From assembly GCA_965225855.1 (NCBI GenBank), contig CBDDCK010000005.1, positions 224,001 through 288,000 on the forward strand: 64,000 nucleotides of DNA, written 5' to 3'. Below, piece after piece: positions 41,599 through 52,274 of the stretch. Made by a program: the position numbers and the translations under genes. The stretch is from Spirochaetia bacterium (GTDB lineage Bacteria > Spirochaetota > Spirochaetia > SP-2023). The notes under the pieces were generated by a model, which saw nothing but the letters and a program-made list of their open reading frames with translations, searched no databases and was not told the DNA's origin. How positions within the stretch are numbered: position 1 is the stretch's first letter; every line of letters starts with the position of its first letter.

Positions 41599-42840
41599 TT
41601 GGATAATCATACACAGTCTAACAAAGGTTTGGATACAATATCACTTGGATTGGATAGTAAACCCCATTATAGGGAATTGAGTTTGCACTGCCTTTATTCT
41701 TTTTTCTTTTTTTCCAGTGTTTCATTTATCATGATTTATTTGCCGTTGGTCTTGCGACAAGTGGGCTATCAACCCAAGGAAATTGGCTTGCTACTCTCCA
41801 GCTACAACTTTATCGGTCTGGTTTGCATATTGCTATTTGGCCGATTACTCGATGCTTTTCGTTGCTACCGTCTACTGATTATTGGTGGCTTATTGCTAGC
41901 TGCCATTGCCTTTTCACGCCTGTTTTTCGTGGAAACATTCCGTTGGAGTTTGTTGTTTATCTTGTTATTGGCAGTGGGGTTTCTGCCGCAAGTCAGTTTG
42001 ATTGACAGCTATATCTCCAATCGTTACCAATATCTACCACAATACTATGGGCGCATTCGCAGTTTGGGCAGCATCGGTTATATATTCTTTTTGGGTCTCA
42101 GTGCTGTGCTTCAGCTTTTTAATCCCTACGACCCTTGGCGTTTGCAAAAATGGGTTTTGGGCTTGTTTGCACTGATAGTTATCCTATTTGTTTGTTCTTC
42201 CATAGACAGCCTTCAGCATATCCGCCACAGTAGGCCTGTTACTCCAGCGCCAGCTACCGTAAACAATAAACCCACAGGCATACAGCAATTGGGTTGGCCA
42301 TTGATTATTGTGTTGTTGTTATTAGTAATTTGTTGGGCTCTGATTATGGGTACCCATAGTAACTTCTTAGCACTGTTCTTGCAGGAAGAGCTCGAAGTAA
42401 AAAACGTCAGTCTATTTTTTATTATGGCAACCTGTTCGGAAATCCCAGTCATTTTCCATGGTGGACGAATCTTATATCGCAAGCCTTTGGGTTGGATGTT
42501 GCTGATAGCCTTTAGCGCAGCCTTGTTGCGGCTGTTGTTTTATATACTACTTCCGTATGGTGTCCTAGTGTTTTTTGCCCAATTATTGCACAGCATGGCC
42601 TACGGTTTGTTCCATATTTCAGTCATTGCCCTTATCAATAACTACTTCATAAAGTATCGCAATACGGCTATCGCTATCTATGCTTCGATTCCAATGTTGA
42701 GCAATAGCTTGGGTGCTGTCGTAAGTGGTGCACTCATACAAGCCTATGGTTTTCAGATCTTTTTTACGGTTTTCTTGTTGTTTGTCCTGCCTATCTTTAT
42801 TCCTATTTACTTACTGCGCCACCGATTCCTTTATTTATAA
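41599..42840 (+). CDS. MFS transporter
   Basis: About 12 hydrophobic segments; YGRIRSLGSIGY and AQLLHS motifs. Confidence 0.85.
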   Translation: MDNHTQSNKGLDTISLGLDSKPHYRELSLHCLYSFFFFSSVSFIMIYLPLVLRQVGYQPKEIGLLLSSYNFIGLVCILLFGRLLDAFRCYRLLIIGGLLLAAIAFSRLFFVETFRWSLLFILLLAVGFLPQVSLIDSYISNRYQYLPQYYGRIRSLGSIGYIFFLGLSAVLQLFNPYDPWRLQKWVLGLFALIVILFVCSSIDSLQHIRHSRPVTPAPATVNNKPTGIQQLGWPLIIVLLLLVICWALIMGTHSNFLALFLQEELEVKNVSLFFIMATCSEIPVIFHGGRILYRKPLGWMLLIAFSAALLRLLFYILLPYGVLVFFAQLLHSMAYGLFHISVIALINNYFIKYRNTAIAIYASIPMLSNSLGAVVSGALIQAYGFQIFFTVFLLFVLPIFIPIYLLRHRFLYL

Positions 42841-43080
42841 CAATCGTATATTTATGGATTTTTAATCTACTATCACCGACTTATATACAATGAAACCGCA
42901 TAAAATCGGGTTATTTTTCGTAAAAATGTTTATCAATAATCATCTAGCTCAATAGATAAAGTAGTCGATTGGGGATTTTATTATCTATGATAGTTATCTA
43001 TAAAAAGTCAAACAAACAACCCTTGACAATATGGTTATGATAAAAGAAAATACAGGAAAAATAAATAACGATCATAAACA

Positions 43081-43488
43081 ATGGCAACGGGAGTACTAGA
43101 ACAACCCAGTTATGTACTGCATGAACAAGAAAATTGCAAGCTGGAATTGCTAGAGTGAATCGTGGGTGTGGCGGAAAAACTACGCAAGCAACGCACTGCA
43201 CTGCAAATGCTACTGCAGTAAATAGACAAGCGTTCAGAACCAACAGAGCGCAACATGGAGAGCTACTTTGCGCAGATAAATAAACAGCTTGACCAAATAG
43301 ATAAGCGTTTAAATCAAGTAGGCAAACGCTTGGAGATGAGGCAATACAATATGGATAAACCCTTTGAACAGATGCAGCAATATATAGACAAAAAGTTTAA
43401 CTTTATGCAGTGGTTGATTGTAATCGCGGTAACTTTGGTATCGAGTTTAATGTCATTATTGAGGTTTTTGCCAGTAATTCCAAGCTAA
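43081..43488 (+). pseudogene. Decayed paralogue of the DKRF-repeat protein at 9367-9936
   Basis: In frame ELLE*IVGVAEKLRKQR..LLQ*IDKR versus ELLERMVRVEEELKHQR..MQQMDKR; two in-frame stops. Confidence 0.75.
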
Positions 43489-43788
43489 CTATCTATGGTA
43501 TTGGTTGTGTCTATTATTGACTAATATATAATCTATCGTTGGTAATGGGTTGAAATATCAGTGGTAATTGGGTTGAGTGTTTGCGAATATTGGCTTTGTT
43601 AATAATTGAATTAGGTTTTAGATTCTCTTTAACTTTTGTATAGACTTAAAAACTTATATATTTTTGTAAGGCTTAAAACTATTCAAAAACAAATTTCTTT
43701 TTATAATGGGCTCTTCGTTTTAGTTATTAAGATAAGTTTATAGTTAGTTTGATTGTATATAAAAAGAATTTACTATATAGGAGACTCT

Positions 43789-46041
43789 ATGCATATAATC
43801 TATATTTGCCCTGGGGTATATGTACTGAATGTCAAAGAGCTTGGCTTAAACATTTTATGTGGCTGCCCCATGGATAGTTCTAAATTGCTCATACGAAAAG
43901 GTATTATTCGCGAAATAGAAAAAGATGGTGTTCGCTTTGAGACTGGCCCGAATGCGATTCTAATTTCAGATAAACTTACGCAAAATGGACAATTTTCTAA
44001 CCTAATAGAATTTCCTGTAATGCAAATGCAATATAACCAAGGTATGTGCCTTCCCAATCACCCCAACAATACCGGAGCACGTCCTCTATTAATTGGAATG
44101 CGGACGCAAATTTATGCTCAATGCAATTATTTTCTTAGAGGTAAATATGGCTTATTTTCCGTAAAAGAGCTTATGGAAGCAGGCTTTGAAGAACAAGAAG
44201 CTAAAAAATTGATGCGCTTAAAAATGCGGTTCAACTTTGGGTATATGGACAAGATTGAAAAATTATTTGACCTATTATACATCGAAAATTCAGAATATCA
44301 AAAAGTTTATGAAGGTTTCTATGTGAGACGTATTAGCTTTAATATTTATGAATTTACCCTAGAATATGAAGCGATAAAAAAAACTATACAAATAAATCTT
44401 AATCTTGGGCCTCACGAAAGATATGAACTTCCCTATTATTTTGATAACTATCGAATCAAACCCTCATATTTTTCTGTAATTCACTTGGGAGAAGCAAATG
44501 GTTGGGATCCCAATCGCCCGTGTATGTCGTCTCTCATTTGCTACCAAGGACGCTACTTTTTAGTTGATGCTCCTCCTGGAGTAGAAAAATTACTCAAAAC
44601 TATTGGGATTTCGGTAAATGAGATAGAAGGCATTTTCCATACTCATTGCCATGACGACCATTTTGTCGGAATAACATCTCTTATCCGTTCTTCCCGTAGG
44701 GTTAAATATTTTGCTACTAAGGCTGTTCGCCATTCGGTAATGAAAAAACTATCATCTTTGCTCTCTATAGAACATCGCATGTTTTTCCGTATGTTTGATT
44801 GCTTTGATATGGAGTTTGACCAGTGGAATAATATAGATGGGCTGCAAGTAATGCCTTTGTTCTCCCCTCACCCCGTAGAAACTTCTATTTTTTATTTCCG
44901 TACTTTGTGTGATTGCGATGAAGGTTATCGTTCTTATGCCCATTGGGCTGACATTTGTTCCAACCGGGTTCTAAAAAGCTTTGTTACCGATGATCCAGAC
45001 GCTTATGGTATTAGTGAGGAATACTATGACCAAATCAAAGAATCCTATTTATTGCCTGCCGACATAAAAAAGATTGACATAGGAGGAGGTTTAATACATG
45101 GTGAAGCAGTAGATTTTAAATACGATACCTCTAAGAAAATAGTATTATGTCATTTAAATCGGCCATTAGACTGCAGTGAAAAAGAGATCGGTACCAATGC
45201 CAACTTCGCTATGAATGATATTTTGATACATTCAAAAATAGACTTTAATATGCAACGTGCTAAAAAATGGTTTAGAGAAATTATGCCTTCAATTACAAAA
45301 GCCGATATGGTGCTATTACTCAATAGCCCAATTGTCGATCTCAATGTTGGTAACATTATTTTAAAAAATGGAGAAAAACCTGAATATATCTATTTATTGC
45401 TAACTGGAGAAATAACAGGAAATAGTAGTAAAGATCGCGTTTCAATGGTCTTACATGCAGGAGCCCTGATAGGCTTTGCAGCTTTAATATTCGATAAACC
45501 AGTCAACCAGACTTTCCGTACGGAGAATTACGTAACTGTATTGAAAATTCCCGGAAATATCTTCTTACATATACTCAAAAAACATGGGTTAGAGGAGCAT
45601 GCCAAAAAAAGCGAGTACTACATAGACTATCTTCTTTCGCTAGACCTTTTCTACTGCAACATTGATTCAAGTATTCTACGTTGGATCGTACAAAGTCTCA
45701 CAATTATTGAAAAAGAGTCAGGTGAATTGATTGACTGTCTCAAACACCCTGGCCTTTATATCGTTCACCAAGGTTCGATCAACATTCAAGAAGAAAATAG
45801 GCTACTTACAAATGGTGACATTTTTGGAGAGGAAACCGTTCTCTTTGGAACAGATATTGAATATAGCTATAAAACAGTGGAAAAAACGCTCATCTATCAT
45901 ATTCCTGACACACTTATTCACCATATACCCGTACTTCAATGGGAATTGATTGAGTTTTATAATATGAGAATCAACTGTGTTGATTTCAATCAGCGACAAT
46001 CAAGTTCCATTGGATCTGCGTCAAAAAAATTAATTCTATAG
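43789..46041 (+). CDS. Metallo-beta-lactamase-fold protein with two C-terminal cNMP-binding domains
   Basis: THCHDDH, HPVET and IHG motifs; YLLLTG..GALIG and LYIVHQG..GDIFGE. AGGAG RBS before the ATG at 43789. Confidence 0.75.
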   Translation: MHIIYICPGVYVLNVKELGLNILCGCPMDSSKLLIRKGIIREIEKDGVRFETGPNAILISDKLTQNGQFSNLIEFPVMQMQYNQGMCLPNHPNNTGARPLLIGMRTQIYAQCNYFLRGKYGLFSVKELMEAGFEEQEAKKLMRLKMRFNFGYMDKIEKLFDLLYIENSEYQKVYEGFYVRRISFNIYEFTLEYEAIKKTIQINLNLGPHERYELPYYFDNYRIKPSYFSVIHLGEANGWDPNRPCMSSLICYQGRYFLVDAPPGVEKLLKTIGISVNEIEGIFHTHCHDDHFVGITSLIRSSRRVKYFATKAVRHSVMKKLSSLLSIEHRMFFRMFDCFDMEFDQWNNIDGLQVMPLFSPHPVETSIFYFRTLCDCDEGYRSYAHWADICSNRVLKSFVTDDPDAYGISEEYYDQIKESYLLPADIKKIDIGGGLIHGEAVDFKYDTSKKIVLCHLNRPLDCSEKEIGTNANFAMNDILIHSKIDFNMQRAKKWFREIMPSITKADMVLLLNSPIVDLNVGNIILKNGEKPEYIYLLLTGEITGNSSKDRVSMVLHAGALIGFAALIFDKPVNQTFRTENYVTVLKIPGNIFLHILKKHGLEEHAKKSEYYIDYLLSLDLFYCNIDSSILRWIVQSLTIIEKESGELIDCLKHPGLYIVHQGSINIQEENRLLTNGDIFGEETVLFGTDIEYSYKTVEKTLIYHIPDTLIHHIPVLQWELIEFYNMRINCVDFNQRQSSSIGSASKKLIL

Positions 46042-46052
46042 ATATTCTGTAG

Positions 46053-47495
46053 ATGGAATTGCGCAATGAGCAAACTTTAGGTGAAAAATTTTTTCAAAAT
46101 GGCGATGCAATTTTTGCTCTGGCTACATTGCCCGGCAAGAGTGCTATTGCTATTTTCCGTTGCAGTGGAAAAGACGTTTGGCATTTATTTCAGCAAGCAT
46201 TTTCCCGCTACAATGCTTTATTGCGTGCAGTAAGCCATACGATAACCTACGGTTTTCTTCTACAACCAGAAACAGGCGAAAAGCTAGATGAAGTATTATT
46301 ACTAAAATTTTGTGAGCCTCATAGTTATAGTGGCGAAGATATGTTAGAAATCCACTGCCACGGTAGTATCGCCGTGCTAGATGCACTGTACCAGCTACTA
46401 ATTTCCCTCGGTCTAAGGGAAGCTGGACGCGGTGAATTTACGTACCGCAGCATCAAATATGGCAAACAAAGTCTACATAAAGCTGAAGCGATTGCTCTCT
46501 TGAGCCAAAGCCGTAGCCAAAATCAGAGGCGTAGTGCTTTAGAGCAATTTAGTAGCTCCATGCAAAAAAACTTGCAAAAAATACGTAACGATTTACTGCA
46601 AATTCTTGCTCGCAGTGAACTGCAATTAGACTATGATGAAACCGAGCTAGAATTTCACTACAAGTTGCCCGATAGTTTACCACTGGCTGAACAAAGTTTG
46701 CAATATTTACAGAACTGCTTAACTTCTTACCAATTACAGCAGAGTCACTGGCGAGAATACAAAATCGTGCTGGTTGGAGCAACCAATAGTGGTAAATCAT
46801 CTTTATTTAACTGCCTACTGACTAAAGAGCGTTCTATTGTGTCGCAGCAAGCTGGTACCACCCGTGACTATGTTGAAGCGCGTTTTGAGTTTGCTGGGCA
46901 CAATATTTTACTCTACGATACTGCTGGACTGCGCTATAACAGCAATGATGCAATCGAACAACAAGGTATTCAACGCACTTGGCAATTGATAGAGCAGGCT
47001 GATTTTCTATTCTTACTCAGCGATGTTCGCATCGCACAGCAGCATGAAACAAACGACAAGGCCATACAAGAACTACAAAAGCACCGCCGAAAACTGCAAG
47101 AAACAGGCCAGCCTTTCATCGAAATTTGGAACAAGTGCGATTTGCTGGACGAGCCTCCTGTTGTGCAAAAAATCCCCCACCCGGTGTTTTTATGTTCAGC
47201 CGTAAATGAACAAGGTATAGCTCCATTGCTTGCTGAGTTAGCAACTAGATTGCCCAACTACTTGGGGCAACAAAGTGAGGGACCTGTGAATGAACGGCAG
47301 GCTAAATTACTCGATCAGGCGGCCCAACTACTACAAGAATACTGCAGCCGGCTGCAAAGGCCTGAACTATTTGAATTGGATTGGGCGAGCGAGCTACTTC
47401 GCCAAATATGTGGTAGGCTTGGTGAAGTAAATGGTGATTCCTGTAATGCTGTCATGTTACGTGATATTTTTCAGCAATTTTGTATTGGTAAATAA
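46053..47495 (+). CDS. mnmE: tRNA modification GTPase MnmE
   Basis: PHSYSGED, GKSSL, GTTRD, DTAGLR, NKCD and FCIGK motifs. Confidence 0.95.
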   Translation: MELRNEQTLGEKFFQNGDAIFALATLPGKSAIAIFRCSGKDVWHLFQQAFSRYNALLRAVSHTITYGFLLQPETGEKLDEVLLLKFCEPHSYSGEDMLEIHCHGSIAVLDALYQLLISLGLREAGRGEFTYRSIKYGKQSLHKAEAIALLSQSRSQNQRRSALEQFSSSMQKNLQKIRNDLLQILARSELQLDYDETELEFHYKLPDSLPLAEQSLQYLQNCLTSYQLQQSHWREYKIVLVGATNSGKSSLFNCLLTKERSIVSQQAGTTRDYVEARFEFAGHNILLYDTAGLRYNSNDAIEQQGIQRTWQLIEQADFLFLLSDVRIAQQHETNDKAIQELQKHRRKLQETGQPFIEIWNKCDLLDEPPVVQKIPHPVFLCSAVNEQGIAPLLAELATRLPNYLGQQSEGPVNERQAKLLDQAAQLLQEYCSRLQRPELFELDWASELLRQICGRLGEVNGDSCNAVMLRDIFQQFCIGK

Positions 47496-47520
47496 TAGTC
47501 TTGCTCAAAAGTTGCGAAAA

Positions 47521-47558
47521 TAGTTATACTAGCAAAATTTAGTTATACTAGCAAAATT
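47521..47558. repeat. Perfect 19-bp tandem duplication
   Basis: TAGTTATACTAGCAAAATT x2. Confidence 0.9.
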
Positions 47559-47619
47559 TGCCAAGCTAAATGGATTTTGTTCCTTTTTTTATTCTCTTGG
47601 TTATAAATAGGTTTACAGA

Positions 47620-48294
47620 ATGTATAGTAAAAAGTACATGCAGAATAGAATATTAAAAAGCCTGTTTTGGCTGACTCTATTACTCATACCCTCAACAAAA
47701 ATCTTTACGCAAGAGACCGTAACCCAGTTTTTTTCCCGAGCCGAAGCTGCTTATGAAAAAATAAAGGATTACAAAGCCATCTGGCGCATGAATATTGCAG
47801 GTCAAAATTCTGTAGCTACAGTTTACTACAAAACTCCTGGCAATGTTTTTCTTAATTACAGTATGCCCAGCAAGCGGTTTATTTTGCTGACAGAATCCCA
47901 ACTTGTGATTTATAACCGGCAAAATAATATTTTGATGACCCAGTCGTTAGATAAAAAAGTGGGTGGCCCGCCAAGCCTAAAAGTTATGCGCCGGTTATAT
48001 TCGATGCGTTACAAATATTCCAGTGGTTCACAACCAGTGAAAGAAGAAGATATTGAAACGCCAGTGATTGTCTTGCTACTAAGTCCCAATAATTCTGCTG
48101 TGCGTACTGAAGAGTTAAAGGTGAGTTTTTATCCCGATACGTTGTTAATGCGTCAAGTAAAAGGTTCTTGGTACGGCAGTAAAGTTGAATATAACTTCCT
48201 CGATATTCAAACCAATATTGGCTTAGATGATGCAATTTTTAAACAACAAGACCCTCCCGGGGCCAAAGAATGGGTCAATTTTCTACAGGATTAA
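47620..48294 (+). CDS. lolA: Outer-membrane lipoprotein carrier LolA-like protein
   Basis: Signal peptide; YYKTPG..LNYSMP; NIGLDDAIF; lies before rodZ-like gene. Confidence 0.65.
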   Translation: MYSKKYMQNRILKSLFWLTLLLIPSTKIFTQETVTQFFSRAEAAYEKIKDYKAIWRMNIAGQNSVATVYYKTPGNVFLNYSMPSKRFILLTESQLVIYNRQNNILMTQSLDKKVGGPPSLKVMRRLYSMRYKYSSGSQPVKEEDIETPVIVLLLSPNNSAVRTEELKVSFYPDTLLMRQVKGSWYGSKVEYNFLDIQTNIGLDDAIFKQQDPPGAKEWVNFLQD

Positions 48295-48329
48295 TATATG
48301 AAAATTATTTATGAAATAGAGTTGATAAA

Positions 48330-49478
48330 ATGAAACGGCCTGGTGATATTCTAAGAAAACGGAGGGAAGAGCTGGGTCTCACCTTATTAGAGCTTGAGAA
48401 TAATTTCAATATCCCCCGTCGCAGCCTAGAAGCCATGGAGCGAGATGAATATGATTTTTTTCCCGCTGAATCTTATTATCGTGGGTTTCTACAAAACTAC
48501 GCTGAAAGTCTAAAACTAGACCCCAAAATTTTACTCAATGCCTATCAAAACGTTAAAATTATTGAAAGCCCCTTACCAATGGAGCAATTAACAGGTAATA
48601 ATAAAAAATCTAAATTTTCGCCTCTATATACCGGGATAGGATCGTTATGTTTAATTCTCATTGCCTTAATTAGTTATTTGATTATTCATTTTTTTACAAA
48701 TAAAACGATAAATGAAGAGCAAGAAAAATCTGTAGCGAAATTGGATACCTCAAACGATGTTATAGTTGAAATCAATCGCTATCCTTGGATGCAAACTCTC
48801 GAAGATGGTATGATTTTACGCTTTATTCTCGACATAGAGCAAAAAGATTTATTGCAACCCGAGATGAAAGTAACTCAAGTTGGCCAAGATTTTCGCTTGG
48901 TGAGCTTGAATCTCGATCAAAAATATGGAATTTCTTTGGCGAATAGCAAAACAAACAGCTTGCCATTGCGCGTATCAGATACAGATACCAATTCATTCCG
49001 TTTAGATTTTACACTACAAACAAAAAAGGCTTTGTTAATCAACCTAGCCATCAACAAAAAGTAGAGTTTACTTACCGATTTTGAAGGGGTACTTGGTACT
49101 AAATTTAAAACTTTTCAAAAGAAAAGTAGAAAATCTAAACCACGTGCTATTTTGCAAGCTCGCAAACCAGTGCCTTTACAATTTGCAATTAACTTTTGAA
49201 AATGATAGCTATATCCGATATGAATGGTCTGAGCAAAATGCTCAAGAGTTTTCGGTACTGAAAAACAAAGTTTTACTGTTCAAGGAAAAGCTCCACTAAT
49301 TTTATGGCTTAGCAATGTAAGAGCAACAAAGGTCAAAATTAATGGCCAGGATTTAAAGCTCAATACGATTCAAAATGTATTTGTCGGGCGTCTGGCATGG
49401 AAACGAGATGTCAATAATTATCAGCTTTATCTTTATGTAAATTCTCTAAATAAAACAATAGGTTCTGAACAAAAATAA
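48330..49478 (+). pseudogene. rodZ: RodZ-like HTH membrane protein with a frameshifted 3' third (possibly sequence error)
   Basis: N-terminal HTH (YYRGFLQNYAESL) plus TM helix. The C-terminal LILWLSNVRATKVKINGQDL lies in another frame that ends at 49478. Confidence 0.65.
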
Positions 49479-49815
49479 ATATTGTAAAAACACAAAAAAG
49501 CGTAGGCCAAACAAAACTGGCGCATCTTAAAAAATTGCTCAAAAAAACTTCAACAATTTTTGCAAATTATTCCAAAAAACTGCAAAAAGTTGCAATTAAT
49601 TTCAAATTCAAAACCCCTTAAACACCCTTTGAAAGTCCCACAAGCATTTATCACCCAACAATTTCCCCAAATTTCCTGCATTTCGTTCCCCATGCCTCTA
49701 CACAAAAAACTTCAATTGCACTTACAAATTTTTTGTTAGGGGTGGGCCTTACTTACAAAAAATTTGGTCGGGGCTGGTTAAAGCAAACAATGACCTACTT
49801 TTCATACCAAAGCTC

Positions 49816-49853
49816 AAAATAAAAATGGTACATGCCGAAAGCTATGTACCATT
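49816..49853 (-). terminator. Terminator of gap-pgk
   Basis: Minus strand reads AATGGTACATAGC-tttcg-GCATGTACCATT-TTTATTTT. Confidence 0.7.
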
Positions 49854-49879
49854 ATAAATAACAAAGATTCAGGATAAAA

Positions 49880-51067
49880 TTACTTTTCCAATACCTTTAC
49901 ACCGGGCAGCTCTTTGCCCTCCAAATATTCCAAAGAGGCACCGCCGCCGGTAGAAACATGGCTCATTTTACTGGCCAAATCAAACTTGTTTACCGCAGCT
50001 ACAGAGTCTCCGCCACCGATAACCGTTACCGCCTTGCCGTCCAATTCAGCAACAAAATGAGCGATAGCAGAAGTGCCTTCGGCAAACTGATCAAACTCAA
50101 ATACGCCCACAGGCCCATTCCAAATTACCATTTTTGCAGCTGCAATCTTTTTGCGGAACAGCTCTACCGTTTGTGGCCCGACATCCATACCCATGTGCTC
50201 ATCTGGAATATTCACTCCGTCAATTATCTCAGCAGTGGCATTCTCGTCAAACTCCGCCGAGACTTTATAATCTACAGGCAAAACAACCTCGACATTCTTA
50301 GCTTTAGCTTTCTCCAAAAAAGATTTTGCCGTTGCCATATAATCTTCTTCAAATAAAGACTTACCGATAGCATTGCCCAAAACTTTGCTGAAAGTATAAG
50401 ACATTCCGCCACCAATAATGAAGGTATCGCAGACTTCAAGGAGCTTTTCCAGTACGGAAATTTTAGAAGAAACTTTAGCGCCGCCAATAATGGCCAAGCA
50501 AGGGTGCTCTGGGCTTTGCAGCACCTTGGCAAAGAATTGGCATTCTTTGCCCATGAGAAAGCCCGCAGCAGATGGCAAGTGTCGAGCAACCCCTTGCGTT
50601 GAAGCATGGGCACGATGGGCTGTGCCAAAAGCATCATTGATATAAATATCACCCAAGGCTGCAAGCTGTTTGGCAAAATTTTCATCGTTACCAGTTTCAA
50701 GCTTGCCATAGTAACGGGTATTTTCCAGCAGCAGAATCTCACCCGTTTTTAGAGCCTTGGCTGCAGTTTCTACTTTAGGGCCTATGGTCTCTTCACAAAA
50801 TGTTACGGGTACTTCTGCTAGCTCGGTCAATCGGCCTTTTATCTGGGCTAAGCTATATTTAGCTTCTTTGGCCTCACTTGGTCTCCCTAAGTGGCTCATC
50901 AGGATGAGGGACGCCCCTTCTTGTAAAATATACTGAATTGAAGGCAATGCTGCGCGGATGCGTGTGTCATCGGTAATTCGGCCATCTTTCAGAGGCACAT
51001 TAAAATCAACACGCATCAATACACGTTTGCCGGACAAATCCAGTTCTTGAATTGTCTTTACTGCCAT
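49880..51067 (-). CDS. pgk: Phosphoglycerate kinase
   Basis: RVDFNVP, SHLGRP, GGAKVSSK and STGGGASLE motifs. Confidence 0.97.
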   Translation of the reverse strand: MAVKTIQELDLSGKRVLMRVDFNVPLKDGRITDDTRIRAALPSIQYILQEGASLILMSHLGRPSEAKEAKYSLAQIKGRLTELAEVPVTFCEETIGPKVETAAKALKTGEILLLENTRYYGKLETGNDENFAKQLAALGDIYINDAFGTAHRAHASTQGVARHLPSAAGFLMGKECQFFAKVLQSPEHPCLAIIGGAKVSSKISVLEKLLEVCDTFIIGGGMSYTFSKVLGNAIGKSLFEEDYMATAKSFLEKAKAKNVEVVLPVDYKVSAEFDENATAEIIDGVNIPDEHMGMDVGPQTVELFRKKIAAAKMVIWNGPVGVFEFDQFAEGTSAIAHFVAELDGKAVTVIGGGDSVAAVNKFDLASKMSHVSTGGGASLEYLEGKELPGVKVLEK

Positions 51068-51077
51068 GCAAATATCC

Positions 51078-52076
51078 TTAAACCAATTTCAAAGCCAAGT
51101 CAACCACGCGGTTAGAATAACCCCATTCATTATCATACCAAGAGATTACTTTAACAAAGCCTGGGCCTTTTTTCATAGTTAGTGCGGCATCAAAGATGGA
51201 AGAGTGGGTGTTGCCAAAAATATCACGGGAAACAATTGGGTCTGTCTCGTATTTAAGAATGCCTTTCATTGGGCCTTCAGCAGCAGCTTGAATAGTTGAA
51301 TTTAATTCTTCAATAGAAGTATCTTTCTCTAATTGAACAGTAAGGTCGACAACAGAACCGGTAGGCGTTGGAATACGCATAGCAAAACCATCCATTTTTC
51401 CTGCCAATTCGGGGATAACTTGGCTAATCGCTTTGGCGGCACCAGTAGAAGTGGGAATGATTGAGAGCGCAGCAGAGCGAGCGCGGCGCAAATCGGAATG
51501 AGGTTGATCGAGCAAAGCTTGGTCATTAGTATAGGAGTGGATCGTATTCATCAGACCATGCTTGATGGCAAAGTTATCGTTGATAATTTTACTGATGGGA
51601 GCTAGGCAGTTGGTGGTACAAGAAGCATTGGAAAATGCTGTATAGTTCAAGTCAATTTTATCATCATTGACACCCATAACAATGGTTTGATCAATGGTAT
51701 CACTAGCGGGAACTGTGAGAATTACTTTTTTGGCACCTGCTTTAATGTGATCTTTGTAGCCGCCTTTTTCGCTGGCAGCTTTGCGGAAAATTCCTGTGGA
51801 TTCAATTGCTACATCAACACCGAGTCTGCTCCAAGGGAGTTTGGCTGGATTGCGCTCTGCTAAAACTTTGATTTCTTTGCAATTGACAAATAATGAACTT
51901 TCTTTAGTTTCAATACTTTCTTTATACACGCCGTAAGCAGAATCATATTTCAACAAGTGGGCTAAGGTTTTGACATCGGTTAGGTCATTAATAGCAACAA
52001 CATCAATACCACGATCCAAAGCAATTTTAAATACGGCGCGCCCAATACGGCCAAAGCCATTAATAGCGATCTTCAT
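51078..52076 (-). CDS. gap: Glyceraldehyde-3-phosphate dehydrogenase
   Basis: INGFGRIGR, ASCTTNCL and WYDNEWGY motifs. Confidence 0.97.
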   Translation of the reverse strand: MKIAINGFGRIGRAVFKIALDRGIDVVAINDLTDVKTLAHLLKYDSAYGVYKESIETKESSLFVNCKEIKVLAERNPAKLPWSRLGVDVAIESTGIFRKAASEKGGYKDHIKAGAKKVILTVPASDTIDQTIVMGVNDDKIDLNYTAFSNASCTTNCLAPISKIINDNFAIKHGLMNTIHSYTNDQALLDQPHSDLRRARSAALSIIPTSTGAAKAISQVIPELAGKMDGFAMRIPTPTGSVVDLTVQLEKDTSIEELNSTIQAAAEGPMKGILKYETDPIVSRDIFGNTHSSIFDAALTMKKGPGFVKVISWYDNEWGYSNRVVDLALKLV

Positions 52077-52107
52077 AAAAAGACCTCCTCTAAAGATTTT
52101 TTTATTT

Positions 52108-52154
52108 TAGAAGGGTTATAATTTTTTCTGAAACAAAAAATTATAACCCTTCTA
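52108..52154. promoter_or_regulatory. 20-bp perfect inverted repeat in the gap 5' leader
   Basis: TAGAAGGGTTATAATTTTTT-ctgaaac-AAAAAATTATAACCCTTCTA. Confidence 0.7.
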
Positions 52155-52165
52155 TTTGGGGGCAG

Positions 52166-52194
52166 ATTGTAGAGAATAAAAATTGAAGGGTCAA
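52166..52194 (-). promoter_or_regulatory. sigma70 promoter of gap-pgk
   Basis: TTGACC-N17-TACAAT. Confidence 0.7.
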
Positions 52195-52274
52195 TATCTG
52201 GCTTTTAATACCAGACTAAGTTTTGCTATCACATTATTTTTTTGTGATAGGTAGGAATATTTAAGGCTATTGTG

